From Bryobacteraceae bacterium (lineage in GTDB: Bacteria; Acidobacteriota; Terriglobia; Bryobacterales; Bryobacteraceae), in NCBI GenBank assembly GCA_965226755.1, contig CBDDDT010000005.1:148306-212305 (forward strand): a stretch of 64,000 bases of DNA, given 5' to 3'. The notes below the pieces were generated by a model. The model did no database searches, had not been told where the DNA came from, and was given only the letters and a program-made list of their open reading frames with translations. Positions 1 to 9,198 of the stretch are shown piece by piece; position 1 is the first letter of the stretch, and every line of letters begins with the position of its first letter. A program made the position numbers and the translations under genes.

Positions 1-1253
1 TGGATACGAGCCAATGAGTCATAAAGGCTGGCCAGCCAGCCGTCGTCTTTGGCGAGGAGTTTCTCGAAGAACTGCGCGCCTTTGTCGGGCGGCGCGCCGA
101 CCAGTTCGCCCCACGCGGCGGCGGAGCGCTGGCCTCCGGGAACGACGGCGCGGCCGTCGCGGATTTCAAACATCCCGCCGAAGAAATCGAGCACATGCGC
201 GTAGGCGCGGATGCGCGGCATGGGAACGTTGGCCTTGAGCTGCTCGGCGGTCGTGCGATCCAGTTTGGCCATGCCGAGATAGAAGCGGCATAGCGAGGGG
301 TCGGCGAGAAAGGCGTCCAGGAAGTCGCCGTTTCCCTTTTCTTTCGCGGTGACCCAATAGGCGGGTCCGAACAGGACGGGGATGCGGGAAGGATGGTAAT
401 CGAACACGAACGGACGGCTGGTGCGGAGGGCCTGTTCAAGATCGGCCATCGGGAAGCCGGAATCCGTGGTGAGGAACGCGCGGGCGGCGTTGACGGTTTC
501 CAGAACCACTTCGCTGCCGCAGCCGCCGCGCATGCGAAATCCAACGATGCGGAGCAGTTCGCCAGTCTGGGCGGATTCGCAGTTCTCGATCCGGATCACC
601 TTGGCGGGACCGGCGAGAGCTTCCAGTTCGCGAGCCTGCGAGACATAGCGGACGACGAGCTTGAGGTACTCGGTTTGTTCGAGGACGTCGTTGCTGCGCG
701 AAGCCTGGTAGCCGTTGGTGACGACGTTGCGGGCGAGCGCGGGCAGCACGTCATCGGGCTCGGGATCGGAGACGATGGCCGCCATGCGGGCGAAGGAGCG
801 GATGGGCCCGGGGATTTCGATCGTGTCCTTCATGCGGGCCGGATCGGCGGGTTCGCCCGCGGGAAGATTCAGTTCGTGACCGCCCGCCGCGCGATACGCG
901 GCCAGGTCAGCGGTCGTCGCGGCATGGTCGCCGCTGACAAGATCGAGAATCACGATTCGGCGGAGGACGAAGCGGGTCTGGCCGGAGCCGGGCGGCAGAG
1001 CGGCAAGCCACTTCCGATACGCGCCGATCGCATCCACGTCGTGGTAGCGATCGAGGAACCCGGCATAGGCGCCGAGGACGGCCGGATCGTTGGGAGCGCG
1101 CTGGGTCTCGGCGAGCAGTTCGGCACGGGCGGCGCCGGCCTCCCCGGAATGTTCCAGCCGATCCGCATTCTCAATCGCCAGGCTTGCGCCGGACGCAATG
1201 GTAGGAAGAAACACAGAGGCAAGAACAGCAGCCACTGCCCTGAAACGCTTCAT
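1..1253 (-). CDS. Large secreted hypothetical protein, 3' end runs off the window (partial)
   Basis: Manual minus-strand translation from ATG 1253 gives MKRFRAVAAVLASVFLPTIASGASLAIENADRLEHSGE..., a signal peptide followed by an open frame to the window edge. It is missing from the ORF track because no stop codon lies inside the window. Confidence 0.85.
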   Translation of the reverse strand, partial: MKRFRAVAAVLASVFLPTIASGASLAIENADRLEHSGEAGAARAELLAETQRAPNDPAVLGAYAGFLDRYHDVDAIGAYRKWLAALPPGSGQTRFVLRRIVILDLVSGDHAATTADLAAYRAAGGHELNLPAGEPADPARMKDTIEIPGPIRSFARMAAIVSDPEPDDVLPALARNVVTNGYQASRSNDVLEQTEYLKLVVRYVSQARELEALAGPAKVIRIENCESAQTGELLRIVGFRMRGGCGSEVVLETVNAARAFLTTDSGFPMADLEQALRTSRPFVFDYHPSRIPVLFGPAYWVTAKEKGNGDFLDAFLADPSLCRFYLGMAKLDRTTAEQLKANVPMPRIRAYAHVLDFFGGMFEIRDGRAVVPGGQRSAAAWGELVGAPPDKGAQFFEKLLAKDDGWLASLYDSLARI

Positions 1254-1330
1254 TGGGTTCCCCGCTTTGGAACACACTTTATCATTTTTTGGGCGCCCGC
1301 CGCCCGCACCGCTCGTTACAATCGGGAAAC

Positions 1331-3184
1331 GTGAGCGAAACCCATGCGGCGCCGGCTCCGGCGATCCGCCGCCTCTCGACGCGCCGTCATTTGCTTTTTG
1401 TAACCGCTCTGGTGTTTCTGCTCCGACTGCCGTTCCTGAACCAGGCCGTGGGAGGCGACGACGTCTATTACCTGGCCGCAGCCTACCACGGGCTGACCGA
1501 TCCGCTCCATCCCAATCACACCTGGTATGTCTTCGAAGGCAGGGACGTCACCTTTCAGGGATATCCGCATCCGCCCGGAAACGCTTGGGTTTTGACCGCT
1601 TTGCTGGCGGTCTTCGGCGACGTGCGGGAGATCCCGTTTCACGCGGCCTATCTCGTTTTCTCGCTTGTGACCGCCTGGTCGATGTATGCGCTGGCGCGCC
1701 GTTTCAGCCCTCGTCCGCTCTGGACGACGGCCTTGTTTCTGGCGGTCCCGGCGTTCGTGATCAACGGCAATTCGTTCGAGTCCGACCTGCCGCTGCTGGC
1801 CTTCTGGATGACGTGCGCGGCGGCATTCATTTACGGCATGGACCGGCGGAGCTGGCGTCTGTTGACGCTCGCGGCGCTCAGCCTTGCCGCCGCCGCGCTC
1901 GTGGCCATGCAATCGGTTTTGTTCGTGCCCATCCTGCTGAGCTATTTGTGGTCGTCGCGCGTCCGGCGGCTGTGGCGGCCAGCCGTTGTGGCCGCGCTCA
2001 CTCCTTTGCTGGTTCTGGCCGGGTGGCAGCTGTTTGAGCGCGTCACCAGCGGTCAATTTCCGGTGGCGGTCTCGGCCGGATACATGTCGAGCTACGGCTT
2101 GGAGCGCCTCTCCATGAAGCTGCGCAACGCCGCCGCGCTCTCCGTCCACGCCTGCTTCATCGTGTTCCCGATTCTGCTGCCATTCGCCTTCCGCGAAGTC
2201 TGGCGAAAGCGGCGCGACCCGGATACACGGTTCCTGCTGCTGTGGATCGGCGTGTTCCTCGCGGGAGCATATGCGCTCTTCTACGCCGGATCGGCGCGCT
2301 ACCTCTTGCCGCTGGCCGCGCCCGTGGTGATTCTGGCGTCGCGGGCGCCGCTCGGGTGGGTGCGCGCGGCGGTCGCGATCCAGTTTGTCATCTCGTTTTC
2401 GCTGGCTGTCGTGAACTTCGAGCATTGGAACGCCTACCGCGATTTCGCCGCTCAGCTGCGTCCGCAGACGCGGCAGAAGCGCGTGTGGGTGGATGCGGAA
2501 TGGGGATTGCGTCACTATCTCGAGGCGGACGGAGCGCTGCCGCTGCACCGGGATCAATGGATCCCGACCGGCGATATCGTGGTCCAAAGCCAGCTCGCGT
2601 TCCCCGCCCCGATTCCGCACGGCGGCCGCGCGCTCACGCCGATCGCCGAATCCGATATCCAGCCGTGGCTTCCGTTGCGCCTGATCGGACTAGAGGCCCG
2701 CTCCGGCTATTCCACCGACAGCGAGGGACTGCTGCCCTATGATTTCCGCGGCGGCTTGATCGACCGCGTCCAGGCGTTCACGTTGCGCGCCCAGGATCCG
2801 GTGCTGTCGCAATTGCCGATGAACGCGCCGGAAGCCGATGCGCAGATCCTGTTTGGAATTTACCCGGCGGAAGGACAGCCGTGGCGGTGGATGGGCGGTG
2901 AAGGCGCCCTGCTGCTCAAGAGCCCCGGCAAGCCCGCTCAGTTGGAAGTGAAGTTGTATATCGCGGACGCGGCGCCGGCCCGCTCGGTTCGCGTAGCGGT
3001 GCTGCACGGACCTTCCGTCACGCGCACGTTCCCCGGGCCGGGCAGTTACACGCTGGCGTTTCCGGTGGACGCCACGCACCTTTCGCCGGTGACGGTAACG
3101 ATCACCGCCGATCGCACGTTTGAGCCGCCGGGCGATAACCGGAAGCTCGGAATCATTCTAAATTCGGTCACGCTCGTTCCTTGA
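1331..3184 (+). CDS. GT-C fold (ArnT/PMT-2-like, GT39/GT83) membrane glycosyltransferase
   Basis: N-terminal TM followed by GGDDVYY acidic loop and HPPG motif, many TM helices, periplasmic C-terminal domain. Start moved from 1253 to GTG 1331. Confidence 0.8.
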   Translation: MSETHAAPAPAIRRLSTRRHLLFVTALVFLLRLPFLNQAVGGDDVYYLAAAYHGLTDPLHPNHTWYVFEGRDVTFQGYPHPPGNAWVLTALLAVFGDVREIPFHAAYLVFSLVTAWSMYALARRFSPRPLWTTALFLAVPAFVINGNSFESDLPLLAFWMTCAAAFIYGMDRRSWRLLTLAALSLAAAALVAMQSVLFVPILLSYLWSSRVRRLWRPAVVAALTPLLVLAGWQLFERVTSGQFPVAVSAGYMSSYGLERLSMKLRNAAALSVHACFIVFPILLPFAFREVWRKRRDPDTRFLLLWIGVFLAGAYALFYAGSARYLLPLAAPVVILASRAPLGWVRAAVAIQFVISFSLAVVNFEHWNAYRDFAAQLRPQTRQKRVWVDAEWGLRHYLEADGALPLHRDQWIPTGDIVVQSQLAFPAPIPHGGRALTPIAESDIQPWLPLRLIGLEARSGYSTDSEGLLPYDFRGGLIDRVQAFTLRAQDPVLSQLPMNAPEADAQILFGIYPAEGQPWRWMGGEGALLLKSPGKPAQLEVKLYIADAAPARSVRVAVLHGPSVTRTFPGPGSYTLAFPVDATHLSPVTVTITADRTFEPPGDNRKLGIILNSVTLVP

Positions 3185-4738
3185 TCAGTTGGCCGGAACG
3201 ACGTAAACGATGTAGGAGGGGTTGCGGTAAACGGGCGGGCGATCCGGGAGCGCGTGGCGCACACAGATGAACGCGATTCCCAGCCCGCGATATTCTTCGA
3301 CCGGCAGCGGATGCAGCATCACCTTTCGCCAGCGGACCCACCACTCCGCGCTGAATTCGCGCAGGTAGTTGACTTGTCCGCCGCCTTTCCAATCGACATA
3401 GACGGGGCGCAAGGACCGGGCGCGGAACCACCCCGGCGCGTGGTCGTGGCCGGCGTCCGGAAAGGCGAAGACCGCGCTGGCCGGCGTATTCGAGCGCGCC
3501 CAATCCGCCAGCGCCGTGAGATCGGGCGTCGCGACTGATGGGTAGTTCACGACGCCCGCCGCGAAAGCCAGAGCGGGCGCCAGCGCCAAGGCCGCCGGAA
3601 CGCGCCAGCGCCGCCGGGCGAAAGCCAGCAGCGCGCTCATGGCGAACACCACGAAAACGACGCGGATCCCCGGCCACGCGAAGAAGGCGTCATGGGCCGG
3701 AATCAGCAGCGCGAAGGCGAACCAGCACGCGGCCTCCAAGCGCCGGCTTTGGCGCGCGGCTGCGCACCCGGCGACGCCGGCGGCCAGAACGGCGGTCGCG
3801 GTGACGAACAGAAGCGCGCGGGCGGGTTGCACCTGCGGGATGAGGGCCAGGCGTTCGTGCTCGAGCAGCAGCCACGAAAGCGGGACGCTGAGGAATCCGG
3901 CTAAGACGAGGCCGCCCAGCAGCGCCCAGGCTTCCCGCTTCGCATGGATTCTCCACAGCGCGAGGGTCGCGACGAGGCCGAAGAACAGGTATTGCCCCAT
4001 CCAACGCATCCACCAAAGGGAGACGTAGTCGTAGGCGGTGCGCATGCGCTGCAGCGCTTCCTGCGCGGGCGGGAGCCGGTCGAAGAAGCGCTGCGGCTCG
4101 GCGACCGATTGGGAGCTTCCGATCGCCAATAAGAGCAGGGCGGCGGCCAGCAGAGGAAGGAACGCGACGGCGGCGCGCCGACGCACGGCCGCGAGTGCGA
4201 GAAGCGCCAGCGCGAGAGGCCAGGTGGCCGGGGCATGAAGAAGGAAAGCGCCGCCGAGGACCACGCCCGCCAGCCAGGGGCGGTTCCGCAGCGCAAAGCC
4301 CGCCGCGAGCATAAGCAGAGGAACCGCGAGGCTGCGCGGCGTCGGTTCATACTCGACCGTGAGGACGGCGGGTCCCGCGATAGCGGCGCCGAGCGCCCAG
4401 ATCGCCGTCACAACCAGTGCTCCGGCGGAGTCCGCGCCGATCGCCATGGCCGCCAGGTAGATTCCCCAGAAGCCCAGCGCGCGGAACACGATCTGCTCGC
4501 CTTCGAGAACCGTTTCGAGCGGCAGGCGCGTGAGCCAGCGCAAGGCGCCGGTCATCTCATCAAACAGGGTGTAATTGACGTGCGGGCGCTCGACCAGGAG
4601 GTCGCCCGACAGCGCGCCGCTCCACTGGTTCTCCAGAATGGGCACGTAGATCTGCGAATCCTGCTGCAGGTAAGTGTGGCCGGGGAAGATGAAGAAGGAA
4701 AGCGCGGTGATCGCCAGAAGGGCCGCCGCCACCCTCAT
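3185..4738 (-). CDS. Polytopic membrane protein, possible GT-C-like transferase
   Basis: 517 aa, more than 10 hydrophobic segments, QQDSQIY loop after TM1, C-terminal soluble domain with VYVDWKGG. Confidence 0.7.
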   Translation of the reverse strand: MRVAAALLAITALSFFIFPGHTYLQQDSQIYVPILENQWSGALSGDLLVERPHVNYTLFDEMTGALRWLTRLPLETVLEGEQIVFRALGFWGIYLAAMAIGADSAGALVVTAIWALGAAIAGPAVLTVEYEPTPRSLAVPLLMLAAGFALRNRPWLAGVVLGGAFLLHAPATWPLALALLALAAVRRRAAVAFLPLLAAALLLLAIGSSQSVAEPQRFFDRLPPAQEALQRMRTAYDYVSLWWMRWMGQYLFFGLVATLALWRIHAKREAWALLGGLVLAGFLSVPLSWLLLEHERLALIPQVQPARALLFVTATAVLAAGVAGCAAARQSRRLEAACWFAFALLIPAHDAFFAWPGIRVVFVVFAMSALLAFARRRWRVPAALALAPALAFAAGVVNYPSVATPDLTALADWARSNTPASAVFAFPDAGHDHAPGWFRARSLRPVYVDWKGGGQVNYLREFSAEWWVRWRKVMLHPLPVEEYRGLGIAFICVRHALPDRPPVYRNPSYIVYVVPAN

Positions 4739-5448
4739 GTCGCGGGAGTTTTGTCGAGCTGCTGCCGGGCCCAGACGCGCTCCGGGTCAAGCGCGAGCGA
4801 TTTCTGGAAGGACTTGCGGGCGCCGGCGTTGTCGTGCTTCTTGCGCTGAGCGAGACCGAGCCAGAGCCAGGCTTCCGCGCTCTTGCCGTCGATCTGGATG
4901 GCGTGCTCGAAACTGCGGATGGCGGGATCGGGACCGCCGCCGAAGCTCGCCGGCATGTAGTAGTTGCCGACGCCGTCCGCAATCCAGACCTGGGCGGAGT
5001 TGGGGTCCATCTGCCGGGCTTTCTCGATGGCGTCCTTTGCGCGTTTGCCGTAACTGAACGCGGAGAAGATGTTGGCTGGAATGACCTGGCCGCAGAGCGT
5101 GGCGAGGACGCGGTAGTACTCGGCGTTGGCGCCGTCGAGCGCGATGGCGTCATCGGCCGCTTTGACGCCGGCAATGGCGGCTTTCTCGGCGGCGGCTTTG
5201 TCTTTCTGCTCCAGCGCGACTTCGCCCAGAATGGAAGACGCGAGAGCGAACCGGTACTGCGCGGCGGCGTCTTTGGGAGCTTTGCCGGCGCTGTCGCGAG
5301 CGGCGGCGACGAGCTTATCGAGGGCGCCGCGATCCTGGGCGTCGCGCGCCCGCAGCAGCGCCGGATCCACGGCGGACGCGCCGCTCGCACCGGGGATTCC
5401 CGCGCATAGCCCTACACACAATGCCGCCAGCAGGATCCGCCGGGTCAT
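4735..5448 (-). CDS. Secreted TPR-repeat protein
   Basis: Signal peptide and repeated TPR helices (AEAWLWLG...FQKSLALDP); 4-nt overlaps with both neighbours. Confidence 0.85.
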   Translation of the reverse strand: MTRRILLAALCVGLCAGIPGASGASAVDPALLRARDAQDRGALDKLVAAARDSAGKAPKDAAAQYRFALASSILGEVALEQKDKAAAEKAAIAGVKAADDAIALDGANAEYYRVLATLCGQVIPANIFSAFSYGKRAKDAIEKARQMDPNSAQVWIADGVGNYYMPASFGGGPDPAIRSFEHAIQIDGKSAEAWLWLGLAQRKKHDNAGARKSFQKSLALDPERVWARQQLDKTPAT

Positions 5449-6650
5449 AACGCCGCCACCTTTCGATGCATAACTAGAAAGTACACGCCCACCATCGCCA
5501 GCAGCAAGCCGTTGGCGGTGATCACCATGGGCGCGGAGAAGAACCCGACCAGATATCCCGTGGTCAAACTGCCCACCGGCATGCCGCCGCGGAAGGCGAC
5601 GTTGTAGACGCTCATCACGCGGCCGCGCATCTCATTAGACGTGATCAACTGGACCAGCGAGCTGATCATGGAGAACGCGACCATAAGCATGCCGCCGTTC
5701 AGGAACACCAGCGCGCAGCTGAGGTAGAGATTGCGCGACAGCGAGAAGCCGGCGATGCACGCGCCCAGCGCGACGAGGCTGCCCAACGCGAGCAGGCCCT
5801 TGTTCTTGATGTTGCCCAGGGCCGCGACGGTGAGGGCGCCGACGACGGAGCCGACGCCGGAGGTGGAGAGCAGGATCGTGTAGACCTGCGGGCCGCCGTG
5901 AAACACGTCTTTGGCGAAGACCGGGAAGAACGTCAGCATCGGGAAGGCGAACAGGGTCATGCAGAAGGCGATGGCGATGAGACCCTGCATAGCGCCTTGT
6001 TTGCGAATGAACTGGAAGCCTTCGCCCATGCTGGTGAGGATGGAAACGGTGGCGCGGCTGGGGCGGAAATCGGTCTTCAACAGGAGCAGCGAGAAGACGA
6101 CGGCCACGAAGGAAAGGCCGTTCAGGCCGAAGCACCAGGACGCGCCGTACTGGGTGAGGGCGATGCCGCCCAGCACGGGTCCGATGACGCGCGCCAGATT
6201 GAACTGGATGGAATTGAGCGCGATGGCGTTGGGGAGATCTTCCTTGGAGACCAGGCTGGGGACCAGCGCCTGATAAGCCGGGCCGCCAAACGCCTGCGCG
6301 GTGCCGACCACGAAGGACAGGGCCAGGATGTGCCAGACGCGGATTACGCCGGTGGAGATCAGGATGGTCAGCGTGAACGCGGAGGCCATCTGCACATACT
6401 GCGAAAGCAGCAGAAGGCGGCGGCGGTCCATGCGGTCGGCGATGACGCCGCCCACCAGCGAGAACAGGATGATGGGGAGCTGTCCGAGGAACGCGTCGAG
6501 GCCCAGCATGAAAGCGGACTTCGACATATCGAAGACCAGCCAGCTCTGGGCGATCTGCTGCATCCAGGTACCGATGCTGGAGGTGAACGCGCCAAACCAG
6601 AGCAGGCGGTAGTTCGGATAGGAGAAGGCCTTGAAGATCCGGCTAAGCAC
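5445..6650 (-). CDS. MFS transporter (MFS_3/DHA3-like)
   Basis: 12-TM pattern, GGVIADRMDRRRLL motif A, NAIALNSIQFNLARVIGP signature. Confidence 0.92.
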   Translation of the reverse strand: MLSRIFKAFSYPNYRLLWFGAFTSSIGTWMQQIAQSWLVFDMSKSAFMLGLDAFLGQLPIILFSLVGGVIADRMDRRRLLLLSQYVQMASAFTLTILISTGVIRVWHILALSFVVGTAQAFGGPAYQALVPSLVSKEDLPNAIALNSIQFNLARVIGPVLGGIALTQYGASWCFGLNGLSFVAVVFSLLLLKTDFRPSRATVSILTSMGEGFQFIRKQGAMQGLIAIAFCMTLFAFPMLTFFPVFAKDVFHGGPQVYTILLSTSGVGSVVGALTVAALGNIKNKGLLALGSLVALGACIAGFSLSRNLYLSCALVFLNGGMLMVAFSMISSLVQLITSNEMRGRVMSVYNVAFRGGMPVGSLTTGYLVGFFSAPMVITANGLLLAMVGVYFLVMHRKVAAL

Positions 6651-6663
6651 GATGAGCGCCGGT

Positions 6664-7038
6664 TCAGGGAAGCGGCTTTTGACGATGAATCAGATGCAGG
6701 GCGTTGCCGTCGCCGTCTTCGAAGAAGACCAAGCGGTTGCCTTGAACGGCGTAGGGCTCCGTCAGGAACTTGACCTTCCTGGAAGTGAGGTGGGCCAGCG
6801 CGAGATCAAAATCGTCCACGGCGATGGCGAGGTGGCGGATTCCGGGTGTTTTCAAGACGGCCGGCAGCGGATCGCCTTCGCTGGGGATAATCTCCAGCAT
6901 GGCGCCGTCGGGGGCTTTCACGAAGTAATTGCCGGCGTATTCGTAGTTGATGCGGAAGTGAAGATTCTCGACGTACCAGCCGGCGAGCCGGGCGGGGTCG
7001 GGCGAAGCGATTGCCGTGTGCTCCACGCCTTTAAACAT
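6664..7038 (-). CDS. VOC/glyoxalase family protein
   Basis: MFKGVEHTAI, GIRHLAIAVDD and FFEDGDGNALHL motifs. Start moved to ATG 7038. Confidence 0.88.
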   Translation of the reverse strand: MFKGVEHTAIASPDPARLAGWYVENLHFRINYEYAGNYFVKAPDGAMLEIIPSEGDPLPAVLKTPGIRHLAIAVDDFDLALAHLTSRKVKFLTEPYAVQGNRLVFFEDGDGNALHLIHRQKPLP

Positions 7039-7096
7039 ATGAAGGTTCAGTGTACCAGCCTGCAACGCAAGCCGCGGTTGGAGCATCATTGTATGG

Positions 7097-7957
7097 GTGA
7101 TGAAGCGGATGGCGAGACTTGCGGCGGCGATGTGCCTGGGCGGCCTGTTAGGGGCCGCGGCGGGAGACAGCGTGGAACAGGCGCAGCGTCTCTACGATCG
7201 AACCGACTACGCGGGAGCGATCGCGCGGCTGAACGGCGCAAACGACGCCGCGTCCCTGCAACTGACGGGCGAGAGCTATCTGATGCTGGCGGAGTATAAG
7301 AAAGCGACCGAGGCGCTGGAGCGCGCGGCGGCGGCCGACGACCGCAGTTCGAGGACGTTCCTGTATCTGGGCCGCGCTTACGGGCGGCGCGCGGAGACGG
7401 CTTTCGCGGTGGCTGCGCCCGGCTTTGCGGTGAAAGCGCGGCAGAGCTTCGAGAAGGCGGTGGAGCTGGATCCGAAGAACTGGGAAGCGCTGGACGACCT
7501 GTTCGAATATTATCTGGAAGCTCCGGGGTTTCTGGGCGGCGGTTTAGACAAGGCGACGCGCATCGCCGGTCTTATCGGGCAGCATGACGAAGCGCAGGCC
7601 AGCTTCGACCGGGGAAAGATCGCCGAACAGCGGAAGGAGTTCGACGCGGCCGAAGCGAACCTGCGCCGCGCGGTGGATCTGGCGCCCGGGCGAGCGGGCA
7701 ACGTGGTGGAGCTGGCCGGCTTTCTGGCGCGGCGCGGGCGGTTCGCGGAAAGCGACCAGACGTTTGCGCGGGCGCTGCAAGCGGCGCCGAACACGCCGCG
7801 GCTGGTCTACATGCGCGCGCATACGCTGATCGAATGCAACCGCAACCTGCCGGAGGCGCGCGATCTGCTGAAGCGCTATCTGGCGATGAACCTGTCGCCG
7901 GACGATCCCTCGCGGCGGGACGCCGAGAAGCTGCTGCGCAAGGTGTCAGGCTCCTAG
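7097..7957 (+). CDS. Secreted TPR-repeat protein
   Basis: Signal peptide and multiple TPR units (LGRAYGRRAE, FEKAVELDP). Confidence 0.85.
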   Translation: MMKRMARLAAAMCLGGLLGAAAGDSVEQAQRLYDRTDYAGAIARLNGANDAASLQLTGESYLMLAEYKKATEALERAAAADDRSSRTFLYLGRAYGRRAETAFAVAAPGFAVKARQSFEKAVELDPKNWEALDDLFEYYLEAPGFLGGGLDKATRIAGLIGQHDEAQASFDRGKIAEQRKEFDAAEANLRRAVDLAPGRAGNVVELAGFLARRGRFAESDQTFARALQAAPNTPRLVYMRAHTLIECNRNLPEARDLLKRYLAMNLSPDDPSRRDAEKLLRKVSGS

Positions 7958-7961
7958 GCGC

Positions 7962-9170
7962 ATGATCTGGAGCGAGGCTTTAGGCTTCAGCGTACAAGCG
8001 CTTCGCGCGAACCCGATCCGGAGTTTTCTGACAGGTCTGGGGATGGTGATCGGCACGGCCTCGGTGATCCTGGTGGTGACGATCTCGCTCACCAGCCAGG
8101 AGTACATCATCAATCAGATCGAGGCGGTGGGATCGAACATGATCTTCGCTTCGTTCGAGGTCAGCAGCAGCCAGGCGGGCGTGGAAGTGAACGCGGACTT
8201 CATCAAGCTGGCCGACGTGCAGGCCGTGCGCGACACGCTGGGCAATCGCATCGTGGCGGCGACGGGCGTGGAGAACAACTACGACCGGATCACGGTGAAC
8301 GGGCGGGTGCAGCGGCTGCTGATCATCGGGTCGGATCAGTTCTACCAGCCGGTGCGGAACCTGGAAGTGACGGCGGGACGCTTCATCGATTCCGACGACG
8401 TCGCGAACCGCCAGCATGTGGCGGTGCTGACGCAGAAGCTGGCCAAGCGGCTGTTCGGGGCGCAAACGGCCGCGGTGGGTCAGACGCTCAAGGTGTACGG
8501 CCTGCAGTTCGACGTGATCGGGACGTTCCGCGAACGGCAGGACAGCTTCGGACAGTCGGAGCTGAACGACGAGACCGTGGTGATCCCGCTTTCGGTGCAG
8601 AAGCTTTTCGTGCCGGTGGAGCGGATCGATCCGCTGTATGTGCAGGCCCGAAACGCCGACGATGTGGTGGCGCTGACGGCGCAGGTGAAGGACATTCTGG
8701 AGAGCCGGCATCACCAGGGGACGAACTACAAGGTCGAGAACCTGGTGGGGATTCTGAACGCGGCGAAGCAGATCGGGGTGGCGCTGCGGGTGGTGCTGAT
8801 CCTGGTGTCGGCGATCGCGCTGATCATCTCCGGGATCGGGATCATGAACATCATGCTGGTGACGGTGACGGAGCGGACGCGCGAGATCGGGCTGCGGATG
8901 GCGGTGGGCGCGTCGCGGCGCGAAATCCTGGAGCAGTTCCTGACCGAAGCGGTGCTGATCAGCGTGGGCGGCGGCGCGGTGGGAATCCTGGTGGGCGTGT
9001 CCGTGCCGCTGGCGGTGGATCTGCTGTCGGTGGGAGTGTACATTCCGATCTCGGTGGCGTCCATCGCGATCGCGTTCTCGGTGTCGTGCGCGGTGGGGCT
9101 GGTGTTTGGAATTCTGCCGGCGAACCGGGCGTCGCAGCTGAATCCCACCGAGGCGCTGCGGTATGAATGA
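7962..9170 (+). CDS. MacB/FtsX-family ABC transporter permease
   Basis: RSFLTGLGMVIG, GRFI...VAVL, IGIMNIMLVTVTERTREIGLRMAVGA and LNPTEALRYE signatures. Confidence 0.93.
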   Translation: MIWSEALGFSVQALRANPIRSFLTGLGMVIGTASVILVVTISLTSQEYIINQIEAVGSNMIFASFEVSSSQAGVEVNADFIKLADVQAVRDTLGNRIVAATGVENNYDRITVNGRVQRLLIIGSDQFYQPVRNLEVTAGRFIDSDDVANRQHVAVLTQKLAKRLFGAQTAAVGQTLKVYGLQFDVIGTFRERQDSFGQSELNDETVVIPLSVQKLFVPVERIDPLYVQARNADDVVALTAQVKDILESRHHQGTNYKVENLVGILNAAKQIGVALRVVLILVSAIALIISGIGIMNIMLVTVTERTREIGLRMAVGASRREILEQFLTEAVLISVGGGAVGILVGVSVPLAVDLLSVGVYIPISVASIAIAFSVSCAVGLVFGILPANRASQLNPTEALRYE

Positions 9171-9198
9171 ACGGGGTTAGTAGACTGGTGATACACAG

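Noticed and set aside
393-1334. 313-aa plus-strand ORF
   Set aside because: Shadow of the real minus-strand gene that starts at 1253.
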